The position numbers and the translations under genes were made by a program. Of a stretch of 64,000 nucleotides of DNA, positions 13,019-25,300 are shown one piece after another. Within the stretch, counting starts at the first letter, position 1. Each line of letters starts with the position of its first letter. The stretch lies in assembly GCA_973895155.1 (NCBI GenBank), contig OZ316896.1:20714152-20778151 (forward strand), in the 5' to 3' direction. The notes beneath the pieces were generated by a model. That model was not told where the DNA came from and did not search any database. It saw only the letters and a list, made by a program, of their open reading frames with translations. Source of the DNA: Marsupella aquatica. Lineage: Eukaryota > Plantae > Marchantiophyta.

Positions 13019-14779
13019 CTCTGAGCTCTCTTGCTCTCTCTCTCAATCTCTCAACCAGTTTCTCCATCGAACCACTACTCTATGCTATGTTTATGATTTG
13101 ATCAATTATCTGGCTTGTTGTTTTTTTTGTCCTAGAATCCCTTTCAGTTTGTCTCAAATCCGTCCAATTTCTCGTAGTATTGACTCTAGATTGTTTCTCT
13201 CCATCACTCTTCATGATTTGATTGATTTCGCTGGTTTGATGGACTAGGTAATAGCTGGTGCGTCTGGATTCTTGGAGATTGATTTGTGGACTTCAAAACC
13301 CCCTAATGTCTATCACTGTGTTACTTGTTACTTTCAGGCATTTAAACAACCAGCTTTCAGAATACTTTGCTTGCCTAGTACCAAATGCAAAGTTGGTTAC
13401 TGCATGTTGCATTGATTTTGGCAACTGTTAAAATTGTTGCAAATATTCAAGTATTTATTACTTATCTTATGTTTTTACTTAATAAGAAGAAAAGATAACT
13501 AAAATGATTATGTCAAATAAAATTACATTTTCTTTTACAGCATGACGTCCTAAATTTTACCCAGAACTTGCCAAAACACAAAAGGAGGAATTATTTTAAT
13601 TTGGAAACAAATTTGTTGTTGTTTGTAACATGCTATGATAATGTGGTGCGATGTGGAGTCTCAAATTTTGCAAAGGACCTCTCATGGGGGTATGTAAATA
13701 TATGATTTTTTAGTGAAGAATGTCACATGTCATAACATGATTGGTGCGATACAATTATATTTAAAAGGGTTATAAATAACACAAACTGTCGCACCTGACA
13801 TGATTATGGTTCTCGAAAGAGTGAACCACAGCCCCCCCAGATCATCACCCATCCCCTTCCAGCAATGTGGCAAAATTGTTGCCCCTATCAATGATGGCCA
13901 GGGCTCAGCCCCTGAGCCCTCACTAAGGAAAATGTAATTAATGAGATATACCTGTGACCGAAGCCTCCCCAAGTACCCCTTGTTACATTTTGGAGGAACA
14001 TTTAAATCTATCTTTTTCGTTCTAAATAGAAATTTCAGTCATATATAAAATCCTCCTAGGTTATTATAATCTTTGATATTTTAGAATTTAAAATACCCTT
14101 CATTTGTTATAAAAACAAGGTTTAGGGGATGCATATAAGAGACTTCTTCATCGTGCCATCCATTTTAGGGCAACCTCCCATTGAACCACTTCAAGAACCC
14201 AAAACCCAAGTTACACCCAACTAAAAGAGGGTTGAGGAGGGGGTTTAGGGTTTAGGCTTCTCGTGTGAGAACCGGTAACTATGCTAAACCAATGATACTA
14301 CAACACGTGGACCAATCAAAAGTTGACATCTATCATAGAGTATTTACATACCCCACCAGCTAATGTAATGGCAACCAAATTTACAATAGTATCCATTCCT
14401 TCTAACTAGACTGCGCATATATGGTGCCCTAATTCATTCTAACCTTGTTCTAATATTATTTTCAAAACATATTATAAATACCCATTAGACGTCTGCACAT
14501 ATGTTTTGTTATTTCATAAGTTGAGGGCCCAGGGGGCTCAGCCAAGACCATCAACATAAGACAGTGGGAGGAGGGCGGACAACTCTGATTGGGCAATTAG
14601 CCAGGGACGGCACACACCTGGGTTGGGGGTGCAATTCAGCAATGTTAGTCACACCAACCTAACTCCACCCTAGTGAGATTAATTAAAGTGAACCCATACC
14701 TTACTAATAAATCACAAACATAAGAAGTGAATGCATACCTTACTAATAAATTGCAAACATAAGCTACTTTCAAGGGCTA

Positions 14780-15122
14780 GAGTCTACAGTGAAGCATCTA
14801 GACCTTGACTCCATATAAAAACAAAGTCATCTAGACCTTGACCTCATATAAAAACAAAGTCTAGAGTGAAGCATCTAGACCTTGACTCCATATAAAGACA
14901 AAGTTGGACTCTAAATAGGGACGTAGTGAAGGTGAACGAAAAATAAGGATGGGGCAAAATTAATATAAACTATAGAACAAACTATAGAACAGGTAATCAG
15001 ATCAGGCTAGTGATCTAAATTTGAAATACTTCCTAAGTAAACTGATGAGGGGGTGTTCAAGTAACAGTCAATCAGGCTAGTGATCTAAATTTGAAAGACT
15101 TCCCACGTAAACTGATGTGGGG
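14780..15122. repeat. Cluster of short tandem repeats (~33-49 bp x3 and ~70 bp x2)
   Basis: CATCTAGACCTTGAC..CATATAAA.ACAAAGT occurs three times (14795-14905). ATCAGGCTAGTGATCTAAATTTGAAA.ACTTCC...GTAAACTGATG.GGGGG occurs twice (15001 and 15071). Confidence 0.85.
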
Positions 15123-16221
15123 GCCAAGTTCGGAACATAGATGATCAATTTGAGGGCCACGTTTGTAAAACAAGGTAAAGTAAAGATTGGAGTACTGTAC
15201 GTTTTCTTCCTTAGTTGCCATCCTGATACCTTAGGATCGACTTCGGTGCGTTCGTCCCCCTGGTCCGCGTGGCATTACCATTCTGCACTACTGGACACCC
15301 CTTTTGGATTTTGGATTTTGAAAGGGAGGACGAAACAAGCAATTTACTGTAATTGACGCAAGTCAAATTGTCCTCCGAAGACTTCCACTGTACAAAGATC
15401 GAGTAATTGTGGGGACAACTTTGAATAGTGATCGCCGTAATTTTGTGCCTGCTGTTTGGAGCCAATAGAACAGGAGCGGAACATGCGAAACCTCGAAGTT
15501 GCCTCGACGGGAATCCCAATAGACTGATTAAATATATTCTTTTCATGAACAGATTGGACTTGACCGTGTCGTTCTTTTCATGAACAGATTGGACTTTGGC
15601 AGGATTCCATTTGGGGTGAAGGAAATTCAAGCTCAGAGTCCAACACGATCTCTTCGGTGGAAGAGCTGTCAGTTTAAAATTGCTTACGAAAGGCCACCGC
15701 TTAATTTGAAATTGCTTACGAACGGCCACTGAATGGCAAGAGTGAAGGTGAACGATCACGAATTGTGGAACGAATTATGAAAAGCTTCCATCTCATCGAT
15801 TGGACGATTGTGAACCTCGGTCTCTCCACGAATCAAATAAGAAAATCACAGACTTACGAGAACATAAATATACATAACTTTGAGTGAAGTCTGACCCGGG
15901 TAATCAGGAACTGGCCAGCTATTAGTGGGACAGGTTGGTTTTGGCTCCTCTCAGAAAGCGGCGGTTCATTCATGTTTTACTTAATTTGGTGAATGGAGTG
16001 TTGGGGACATCAAAGTCTCTAATCTGCATGACAGAGTAAATCATCAAGAATAATGTAGCACGGATTCGCAAAACAGCACAAAGGTAGCAGAAATGGGTAG
16101 AAAATGAAGGAAGCTATGAGACTGGAAGGACCACTCACGAAGGGAGGGAGAGAGGGCAAGGTTCATTAGGGTTTAAGGCAAACATTATTCGTCCTCTCAC
16201 GTGATCAAAGCGTTCTTCCAT

Positions 16222-16496
16222 AAGCAAGTGGCTTAGGTCAGTGGGCTGGGGGATTAGCCTCGAACTGAGAGGTCCCAAGTTTAATACCCCACACACAAGG
16301 GTGCGGGTGGGATGGGTTTAGTGGGTATTGGATGAGAGTTCTGAATATATAATCTTCTCTGCCCCTCTGGTTGCCCACTTATGACCCTCATTTAATCCTC
16401 TCTCCAGATCCTGGTGGGGGTTTGGACCAGTGAGGGCTCACTCTGAAATGGGTTTCTTATATGTTTTATCACTATTGGGGTGGGGAGAGTCTTCTT
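16222..16496 (+). mobile_element. Putative tRNA-derived SINE
   Basis: A-box-like TGGCTTAGGTCAGTGG (16229-16244) and a tRNA-like GAGAGGTCCCAAGTTTAATACCCC with a degenerate B-box (~16279-16288). Imperfect flanking direct repeats AG(C/T)GTTCTTCC at 16209 and 16497. Confidence 0.45.
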
Positions 16497-17407
16497 AGTG
16501 TTCTTCCTCATTTCCTTTCGAGACCAGACAAACAAAGTGTTCGTCCATCATGGACCAGGTTGTTTGGGATTACCATGAACTCAACGTTTGTAGTCGTACC
16601 CAGAGCGTCAGGCCTGGTGCCTTGATCGCTAAGGAGGGGGAGACTGATTTCATAAAAAGACACTCCTACATTGAGAACATATCTGCAGATCCCGGACGTA
16701 CATTTTCAGAAGCTCATAAACTTGTCCTTCCAGCTTCTCACTGGATTAAGTCACCCTGAACATCAAGATGGAAATACTCTTTGAATTGGTTCCTGAGAGA
16801 ATCGGGGAGAGAATTCGTCCACAGCTATAGAATAGATGAGAAGCATGCAATGCAAATTCTCAATGCCCCCAGGAATGCAGGTTGACAACACCATCAGCGA
16901 GTATCCTAAAGTTGAGAGGATCGAAAGCAATTTGAAAAAGTAACGGTCCGTGGTCCCAAAATTACTGTACGCGGTTTGATTGGAGGAATTTCTTTCAAGA
17001 CAGGATACATAATATCTTTATTGAAGGAAAATTGCCCGGCCAGCGTGCCCGGCCGGCTCGAAGGGCAAGCACCTTGACTGCGATAGATATTGTACATCAC
17101 TTAACGGAGCAGATCAAATTAAGAGACCTACCGTAAGTTATGCTGATGATAGCCGTTTGAGTTCAACGAACAACTTATTGATTGTTTGACGAAATGGAAT
17201 GTAGTAGCCCCACAGATCATACTTTGGCTTCCGGGACCAAACTGATTACTAAATACTATGCTTAAAAATTTGTCTAATCTACGTACTGATGACAATTGCA
17301 AAGCTGACAACATTCGTGACTTCCTGCAATCAATTGCTCCTGCAATGGTATGTAAACTCACTATATGCAAGAACATTCGTGACTCCGTGCATGCAAGCAA
17401 TTTTGTA

Positions 17408-20400
17408 TCAAATTAATCTAGTAATTTGAACAGTTCGATCGCCCGGGCTGGTCCTACAGTCGTTGGTGCCACACAGTTCGTGCTCTAACGACCTCTTCCC
17501 TTGGTGCCACACAGTTCGTGCTCTAACGATCTCTTCCCCCTTTTCCTGCATTCGGAGTAGATGGATGAAGTGTCGATGGCCTGAACAGCATGATATGTCG
17601 TTCTCCTTTACATTAGAAGGACCTCGGCCGTTTGAGTACATCGCATGCCCATTCTCACTGGTAGTCCGGTCTGATGTCTCCGAGGGATCTGCTCGTTCCT
17701 GGTCGGTGAGGGATTCTGCAAAATCCCCTTCCTTGCACTCTCGACGATATTCCAGAGTTATACTGCTTAACTCGTGAGAGTCAAATGTCATTTTGGGCAT
17801 GCTCTGCAAAACCAATACAGGCAGTGAGAAAGGAAGGTCGATCAGATGAGTTGAACTAAATTTACTTTCCTCTATTTAGAACCAGATGCGATCAGACTGA
17901 TTGAATCTTTAAATCTGAGATCGGAGATCGGAGAACTCGTAAGGCATGACTTGAACTCAGGTATCTCTCGAAAGCGGCTAGCGTTCCACCTTGGACCGGA
18001 GCGCTTTCCAAATGTACCGAACTGCTGCTCTTGTGAACATAGTGATGATAGAGTACTGAATGATGTACAGTAGTGATTTATTACGGACAATATATATAAA
18101 CATAGAAGCCTACCTCCATTATCCATCGGATGTAGGTTATATTGCTGACGTGATTATTCCCGTCCAGGTCTGATTTAGCAGGCTGCATATGCAGAAAATA
18201 AGACAGCGTGAGCAAGAATTCAAAAATTTGGGAACATGCCCACAACAAAAACAAAAAAAAATGGAGAGATGTCTGATCCTGTCGTTGATATGCTCTCCCA
18301 CTAAAATATCGGTGTTCAGGATCAAGCGCATACCATTCTTTTAATAAGTTCTTCATCAACATGAAGCCACGTGATACTATTACTATCATATTAACAACAG
18401 AGAGTGTGGCTTACTCGCAAGGTTACGACTTACTGTAAGGTTTGATGTGATATTTTTTGCGGTGTTATCAAGCTTGGGAATTCGCTCGTGAGTCGCATGA
18501 TCGGCTATAGCTCGTCTCTTGTCTGTGACGAAGGTAGGTTGGATCTCCCCTCTAACATCATCCGGCAGTTTGGAGAGCCTGCGGGTATCTTGGTTCATCA
18601 TCGCCCACGTGCTGCAGGAAGGCGACATGAAATTGCACACAAGTCAGCAACTCCACCAACGCGAAGATGCTCTCCAAAAGCGCTGCAAAGAGTAAGCAAC
18701 ATGAAGCAAGGCTCAAAAATGATCGTTATATATTCGACCATGGAGAGTAGTGAGATCGAGTGAATATTGCTCTCACCTTGTGCCTCTCGCAATGGTCTCT
18801 CCAGTTGAGTGTACACGGAGCAACCACTCTATCATCATACCATTTTTCCCGGCGTTGTCTGTCCAGGAGTCGACGTATACAGCTTCTGGCCTACAGGTAC
18901 AAACGAGAATTTTATGAAATGAATACATCTGAATAACTCAAAGTACTCGTAAGGGGAAAGAACAATATTTTTTGTCAACCTCTTCAACTCTCCCGTCAGT
19001 AAGGTACCCGCAATTCAAGTGGTCTGTCCTGGAGTGCACTTATGTAGAGCATGGGAAAATGACCTAGCTGGCCTAGGCTTGTCTTCTACTGGTTGATCGA
19101 AGATCTTCGAATGTCGATCTAAATCAGAGCAGTCTGCATTAATTAACATGGCACCGTTGCTATTCTAGGGCCATAATTAAAGCTACGCTGTCGAACTTCG
19201 ATCAGCGCAGCCATCATAGCGCTCCCTGACGAAATGTTCGAGGTGGTCGCAACAAGATCAGACGGCGTATTTTGCAAGGAGAGCGGATCTAACAGTCCCA
19301 TGGGTGTCAACTCCAAAAGTTCCCTCGGAATTGACTCCCAGAGACTCAGAATCTGGATATCGAACTGCAAAGGAAATTGTGTTGGGTTTAGGTTAATATT
19401 ACTTACCAAGTCGGATACCGTTTAACTTCCACATGGAGCCTTGTGATGACCCAAATCAACCGATACATGCCCATTTTAGGAGTTGCACCGAACCCTTCTC
19501 CACCAATTCCCACAAGTGAGAAGTGATTTATTGCCACCTCCTGTATGTACCACAAGTCAACAGACCACAATTTTACCCACGTTAAAAACGTTTTATCTGA
19601 CTGCAGCTTTTGTATCACATTTAATCAATTGACAGCATATCATAGACCGCTTGTGATAAACAGACCTTATACTAAACAATGATAAATACTTTCTTGACGA
19701 ATCTCTGTAATATGTAATATGCCCTGTGAGGTCTTTCTGAATCGGAAGCGCTAACACACACATGACACCACCATTACGTCCACATGAGCCAAACAACAGA
19801 ACCAGTTGCCCAGAGTTTGGCAGAGATGTGATTGAAGGAGAATTTCTTCAATTACTTTTTTACGATCTTGCAGGATTTGCTTTCTTCTGTCCCCCGCGAA
19901 GTACTGTACACATAAATTCAGTGATCTCCCAGGGAAATCCAGTTGGAGATCACGCAACTCTCCCACTTAAAACGCAACTCTCCAACTTTCTGTGGTAAAA
20001 GCGTAGTGAGAAAACCCTCAACACTCTCCTCACTACTGACCGATCTAGACAATACCTTCTGAAACCGGAAAACTTTCATAAAGTGCAATAACTGAAAGGA
20101 CCAGACCATAGAAGTTGTACTGTACCTGGAATAGACTGACGACAGTGTCCATAGACGTTTTTCCATCTGAGCCCACTTCATAGGACCGAATCACGAACGT
20201 TTGGCGATACACTTTACCATCACCTATTACCGCGCCCTGCCGTAGTCCAGCCAAGTTCTCCAAAGACTTCATACGCTCGTCATTCTGTAAAGACAAGGAG
20301 TCGGTCACCGAATTTATCTTGGTGGCTTCTGACTGGGCCAGCTGATTCAGAGCACTAGTGTCAAAGTTGGCTGTAGTGTATTTAAGGTGCCCAACCAAAT

Positions 20401-20596
20401 CATTCTCGACGGTGCTTTTCCTGGTCGATTGGTATTCTAAGGTCGCAGATGTCTTGCCATCAAAGACTCGCTCATGACGGCCTCTGGGTAAACTCACTCG
20501 CTGCGAAAGGGAGCGTGTGACCTTTTGAGGACAGCAGCTCTTTTCTGGCAAGAACGTCGCAGACGGGCCTAGACGAAAGGCACTTTCGGTATACAT
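17408..20596 (-). CDS. Acyl-ACP thioesterase (FatA/FatB family), probably plastid-targeted, ~453 aa, 6 exons: 20596-20126, 19540-19407, 18890-18777, 18611-18434, 18182-18114, 17803-17408
   Basis: Motifs YRQTFVIRSYEVG.D, FGATPKM...LIWVIT...V.RYPTW, W.MMNQ.TRRLSKLP, catalytic DLDGNNHVSN..YI.W and LEYRREC. All introns are GT-AG with consistent phases. The 134, 114 and 69 nt internal exons match the conserved Fat exon sizes as I recall them. Total 1362 nt, in frame. Confidence 0.93.
17463..17538. repeat. 38-bp tandem duplication inside the last Fat exon
   Basis: TTGGTGCCACACAGTTCGTGCTCTAACGA(C/T)CTCTTCCC at 17463-17500 and 17501-17538, one mismatch. Confidence 0.95.
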
Positions 20597-21154
20597 GTCG
20601 TCCAGCCAAGTCGAATCCTCCCGTCCGCCCAATCTTCCACACGTACCCCTTTTGCTTCGGAGTGTTTCTGTGGTGAGCAGATCAACAGTAGCTAGTGAAT
20701 TCTATATATTCTGTGAATATGGAACTCTGGCCGGATATTCTGCAAGTATGACAGCGAATCGATCAATGAAATAGTATCAGATCGATGTTGAATGTGTTCA
20801 AGTGTTCTCGATGCGATCATGAGAGTTGCTGCGACGATCACGACTAAATGATTGATGGACTGCATGCAGTTTCACCACGAAACACATGGAGCGCCAATTA
20901 GATGGAATGAAGTTGGCCACTAAAGATATATGGTTGAGTGGTGAAGAGTAGGTTCACCACGGAAGAAAAGTAATTAAGCGCTGTGATGCACTTCAGCTGG
21001 TGCGCCAACACATATGAAATGGGATTTCAGGTGACTGAGGTTCTAGTGTGTCATACGATGGCGATCAGGAGATCGAGTGAAATGAGGAACAGCAAGTTCA
21101 CCAAAGAAATAGAAGTATCCTTGGGCAGTGCTGCAATGCAGGTTCGTGCTAAAC

Positions 21155-21280
21155 AAATATGAGCGAGACTCATACTACCTATTTTTGTTGGTGTTGGGGG
21201 GAGGGGGGGCCGGGGGGGAAATATGAGCGAGATTCATACTACCTGTTTTTTTGTTGGTGTTGGGGAAGGGGGAGGGGGTG
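21155..21280. repeat. ~63-bp tandem duplication with G tracts, upstream of the Fat gene
   Basis: AAATATGAGCGAGA(C/T)TCATACTACCT.TTTTTGTTGGTGTTGGGG... occurs twice. Confidence 0.85.
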
Positions 21281-21964
21281 GTGCAACAGACATTGTCACG
21301 TAAAGATTGAGGCCAGGTATATGCTGAGCGGGAAGGGTAATCCAAAGTTAGTATTTTGTCAATCAGATATTAAAGTGTTGCATGGATGTACTGTAAAGAA
21401 CTAAAGATGGACGAAGTTAGCGATGTTGCATATTGGTTTGTCTTACTTGTACTATTTTCTCCGTATATCAGACATAAGCAAAACAAAAAATCCAGCTCGC
21501 ACTAGTGTGACAAATTTGATGGCACAAGTATTAGTAGAATACAGATGGTCTGAGACACTCCACTTTAGTGTGATATTTGTGATCCCGTCGCGACGAGTAT
21601 ATTACTCGTAGTGAGGAGGCATTTGTTTGATGGCCACTACTTACGCAGCCCTTTTAATTGAGGTTGTCCCAATGTTCATTTTTTGCTTAATTCAGCCTGC
21701 ATATATGGGGCTAGACAGACCTTTTAATTAACCGGTCCCAGATCTGGGATCTCTCAAATCTCTGAGGATCCCTCAAATCTCTGGGATCTCTCAAACTCAG
21801 CAGACCTCAACTGTAAGTTGCAAGGGACCCAACACAGACCATGAAGTAATTAAGTGATCCCAGATCTTAGTTATTGTTTAACGGGCCTCCACTGTGTACT
21901 GGTTCTTCTATCACCAACAAGAGAGGTCTCAAGACCATAGTCACCATATATTATACACTAGATA

Positions 21965-22335
21965 GAAACTTATGAACTCAGGACCTGGCTGAATTATGTA
22001 ATAATGTTATGAACCCCTGGCTGGACAACCAATGAAGAACCTCTGGATTTGAATGAGCCAAAAGCAGTGCTTAAAATAGGGGAGAGTCTAAGGGTGATTG
22101 CACACTGTACCTCGATGCATTATAATGATTCACTAAACAACAAGCACAGTCAGCACCGCCCAAATATTAGAGTAAGGAAACATTGGAAACTTATGAACTC
22201 AAAACCTGGAGTAACTTCGAATTGTAATACTAGATGAACCTGGACAAACACTCAAGAATCTGATTCACCCAAGAACAAGCAAAGGGCTGCCTTAGGGTGA
22301 TAGGCTTAGGGTGAACATTAAATGTACCTCAAGGC
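21965..22335. repeat. Old ~220-bp tandem duplication
   Basis: GAAACTTATGAACTCA..ACCTGG...TGTAATA...ATGAAC...CTGGACAA...AGGGTGA...TGTACCTC recurs at ~21965 and ~22186. Confidence 0.6.
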
Positions 22336-25300
22336 AAAGGCACTGATCGAGTGGCCTTGTGAATAACGTTGGTTCTTGTACAGGATGGATAGTCTGACAG
22401 ACAAGAAAAGACAGAAAATCCAAAGCAGCCCAATGAAGAAAAATTGGAAATCTAATACTAAGCTAGGTCCATCTAAAAACCCCTAAAATGCACCGGGAAA
22501 TGCATGCATGCAAAGCAATAAAAAAAAGTGAAAATAATGGTAAATTATATTTAATTAAAAATCCTTGTATATAGTATAGGGTACAACAAGTTTATATATC
22601 CCGTAACTATTCTTCTTTCCAAAAATTGGATTCTCAAGTTAGTGCCTTTCAGTATAATTTTTTAATTATATATAATAGTTTTACCAAATGAAAAAGTCTT
22701 CATTGCCCACATAGGCATGAATTTGTGGTAGCTTACTTGAGTAGAGACTGACAGGTCTTGGGTTCAACTCTTGAGGGAGGGGGGCGGACGGAGGGGGCAG
22801 GGGTTGCGGGGTTGGGCACGGGAGGGGGGTCACTCCCACAAATGTTTACATCATGTGCAAACCACATAAGGGGCATTTTATTCATTTTAGGGAAGTACTT
22901 AGAAGTAGCGAGGAAGTAAGGGGGTAACAATTTTAAAAGTGCCACTTGTCATCACATGATTCATTGTTTGCCACATGTCAATAAATGATTGGTGTGTTTT
23001 TTTAGCTTCCTAGTCCTTTTTGAGAGAGTGATTAAATAGGGGCCATCGCACATGGTATACAACAATTTCATAAGGTGAACCCGAGGTTCAACTATTGTGA
23101 CTGACTCTTCTTTTTCTGTGGGGTTTCATAAATTTTCCTTTCAAAAATAAATAAATTTTAAAAATAGTCTTCATTTGACTGTTTGCTCCCAGTTCTAATA
23201 ATACTACTAATAATCCAACATGTGACTACTAAAGGTAAGAAATCTAATCTATTTATTACCTTAATAAGCAAATAGGTACCTACATGGCCAGGAGCCTTCT
23301 GAGAAAATATTCTCTTGGCCAACAGCATATCACGTGATTGTGAAGAGCCACTTGCCTGCCCCTTTTCTTCTATTACCTTTGAGTCGGAGGGTATTGGAGA
23401 ATCCGGATGCTATTATTCTCATAGCTCAAGCATATGCCACATAGAGAAAAAAGCCCATTTTGTTTGTGGGATCTAAAGCAAATTGTACTAGACAAGCACA
23501 TAACATCATAAGGAGGAAAACTTTAGCTCTGGATGTCCCGTCTCCATGCTACTGGAACATGTAGCAACATACATTAATTGTTTTTCTTGCCCACAAAAAT
23601 AACGCACACCATGAAAATATCCCCAAGTAACCCAAGTAAATCGTTATTCTCTCCTCATATGATTGTCTGTTATTCACAATGCATATAACGCAAATACATA
23701 CTTACAATACACTCAAAGATCCGTAGGAGACTTAAAATATTTATTACTATTTAAAACAACTGAAGATAATTCCTTTCCGACCCTCATTAGCATGCAATTC
23801 ACGTACAAGTTAGGACTCCACTAAGAATGCCTCACTATTTTGGTAAGTAGTTACATTAGACTATGTACATATCGTTTATTTCAGGTGAACAACAGGCTGA
23901 GAGGATCGGATTTGATTCTATCCTGCTTATTGAAAACATTCTAGTGCTTGAATATTTTAACTCATTGAAAAATATATAAGAACTAAGTTATACCATCATT
24001 TCTAAATTTATTAAAATACAAATTTTGCATAAAATAATGGAAATATAAAGTAACTATAAAACTTGCCGTGATTGATGAAGGGCATGAGAATTGAAGCGCA
24101 TCAAAAAATCTCAAACTCTGTGCCCAGGACAAAAAGGCGTGGGCCCAGAGGAGGTTGTGGGTCATAATATGTCAGGATAATTTCTATTTTAAATGTGATA
24201 TAAGGTATGTAGTCTGTACAGCATATCAATGTGAAGGAGTGGTTGAAGGAGTGGTTGAAGAGTCCTTGAGATAGTGAGTTCAAGTTGGGCTCAAAATGGT
24301 TTTTCTTTTCCCTTCAATTAACGGCAAAGAAAAGGTGTCAGAGAAAGAAATGAACTTAAAGGGGTTCAAATAATTTCTAAATTGAAATAATAAATGTAAT
24401 ATAAATGATTGGGGGGTTCAAGTGATTTTCAGATAGAAAGGAATCCAGCCATGCGAGGCCCAGATTAAAATTAAAATAATCACTTAGTACCACAACAAAT
24501 TGGAGTTGGGAGACTGAAACAGTGATGCACCATAAGGGGAAGTTGAAAAAATTTGAATATATTAGGCCAGGCTTGCAGGGAGAGTGTTAAAGCTCCTGCT
24601 GTTGTTTCCCCCTCAGGCATTTTTTGGTGGGGTTTCCCTTCACTAAGTAAGGCTTTATTAAGAGGTGCTCTCTCATGAAAAAGTTCTCTAAGTCAGTTGC
24701 ATATGATACTTTAAGGTTTTGTTTGTGGAAGAGTTAAATTGTAAGTCAAAATGACTAAAGATTGCCGTAGACCATACGTGAAGCAGCCTGAGAAGGCGCT
24801 GAATTGTGTAAACTGTACATCTTATGTCCTTGAAGATTTAAAAGATTTGGGGCACCACACTCTACTATGTAACGAATAACTTGAAGAGCCTTATCTAATT
24901 AATATTCCCCCTACATATTTCTTTTTTTAATTTTGAACTTATTTTGTTTTTGGATCGTATAGTTACGTACATAAGTATTTATATAGGCCAGAAGCTTGTA
25001 CAACATTAAGTCCAGGATTAAGTCATTTCAAGTTGATATATGAGGTTTAGACTTTGGTAGGTTAGTAGGTTAGTAGGCTAGCTTATCAAACTTGGTAACA
25101 GCCAAACATGGACCATCTATTGGTCAAATTGCAACTAAATCTTGTATTTTAAGTAAGTGTACGTGTGAAAAATATAATTCAGATCAAGTGAACTGGAATG
25201 ATATTGGTTTTAACTAAGTTTAGAATTCCTCTCCGAGTAACATATCATAAACTAGATATTTACCCTGATACGATCTTTGTGCAATCCTCTTTCTTAGAAT

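Noticed and set aside
13870-14560. Diverged inverted repeat pair (~13885-13922 and ~14521-14560) with GGGTTTAGGGTTTAGG at ~14242
   Set aside because: Short, mismatched arms and only two telomere-like units. At most an old MITE relic.
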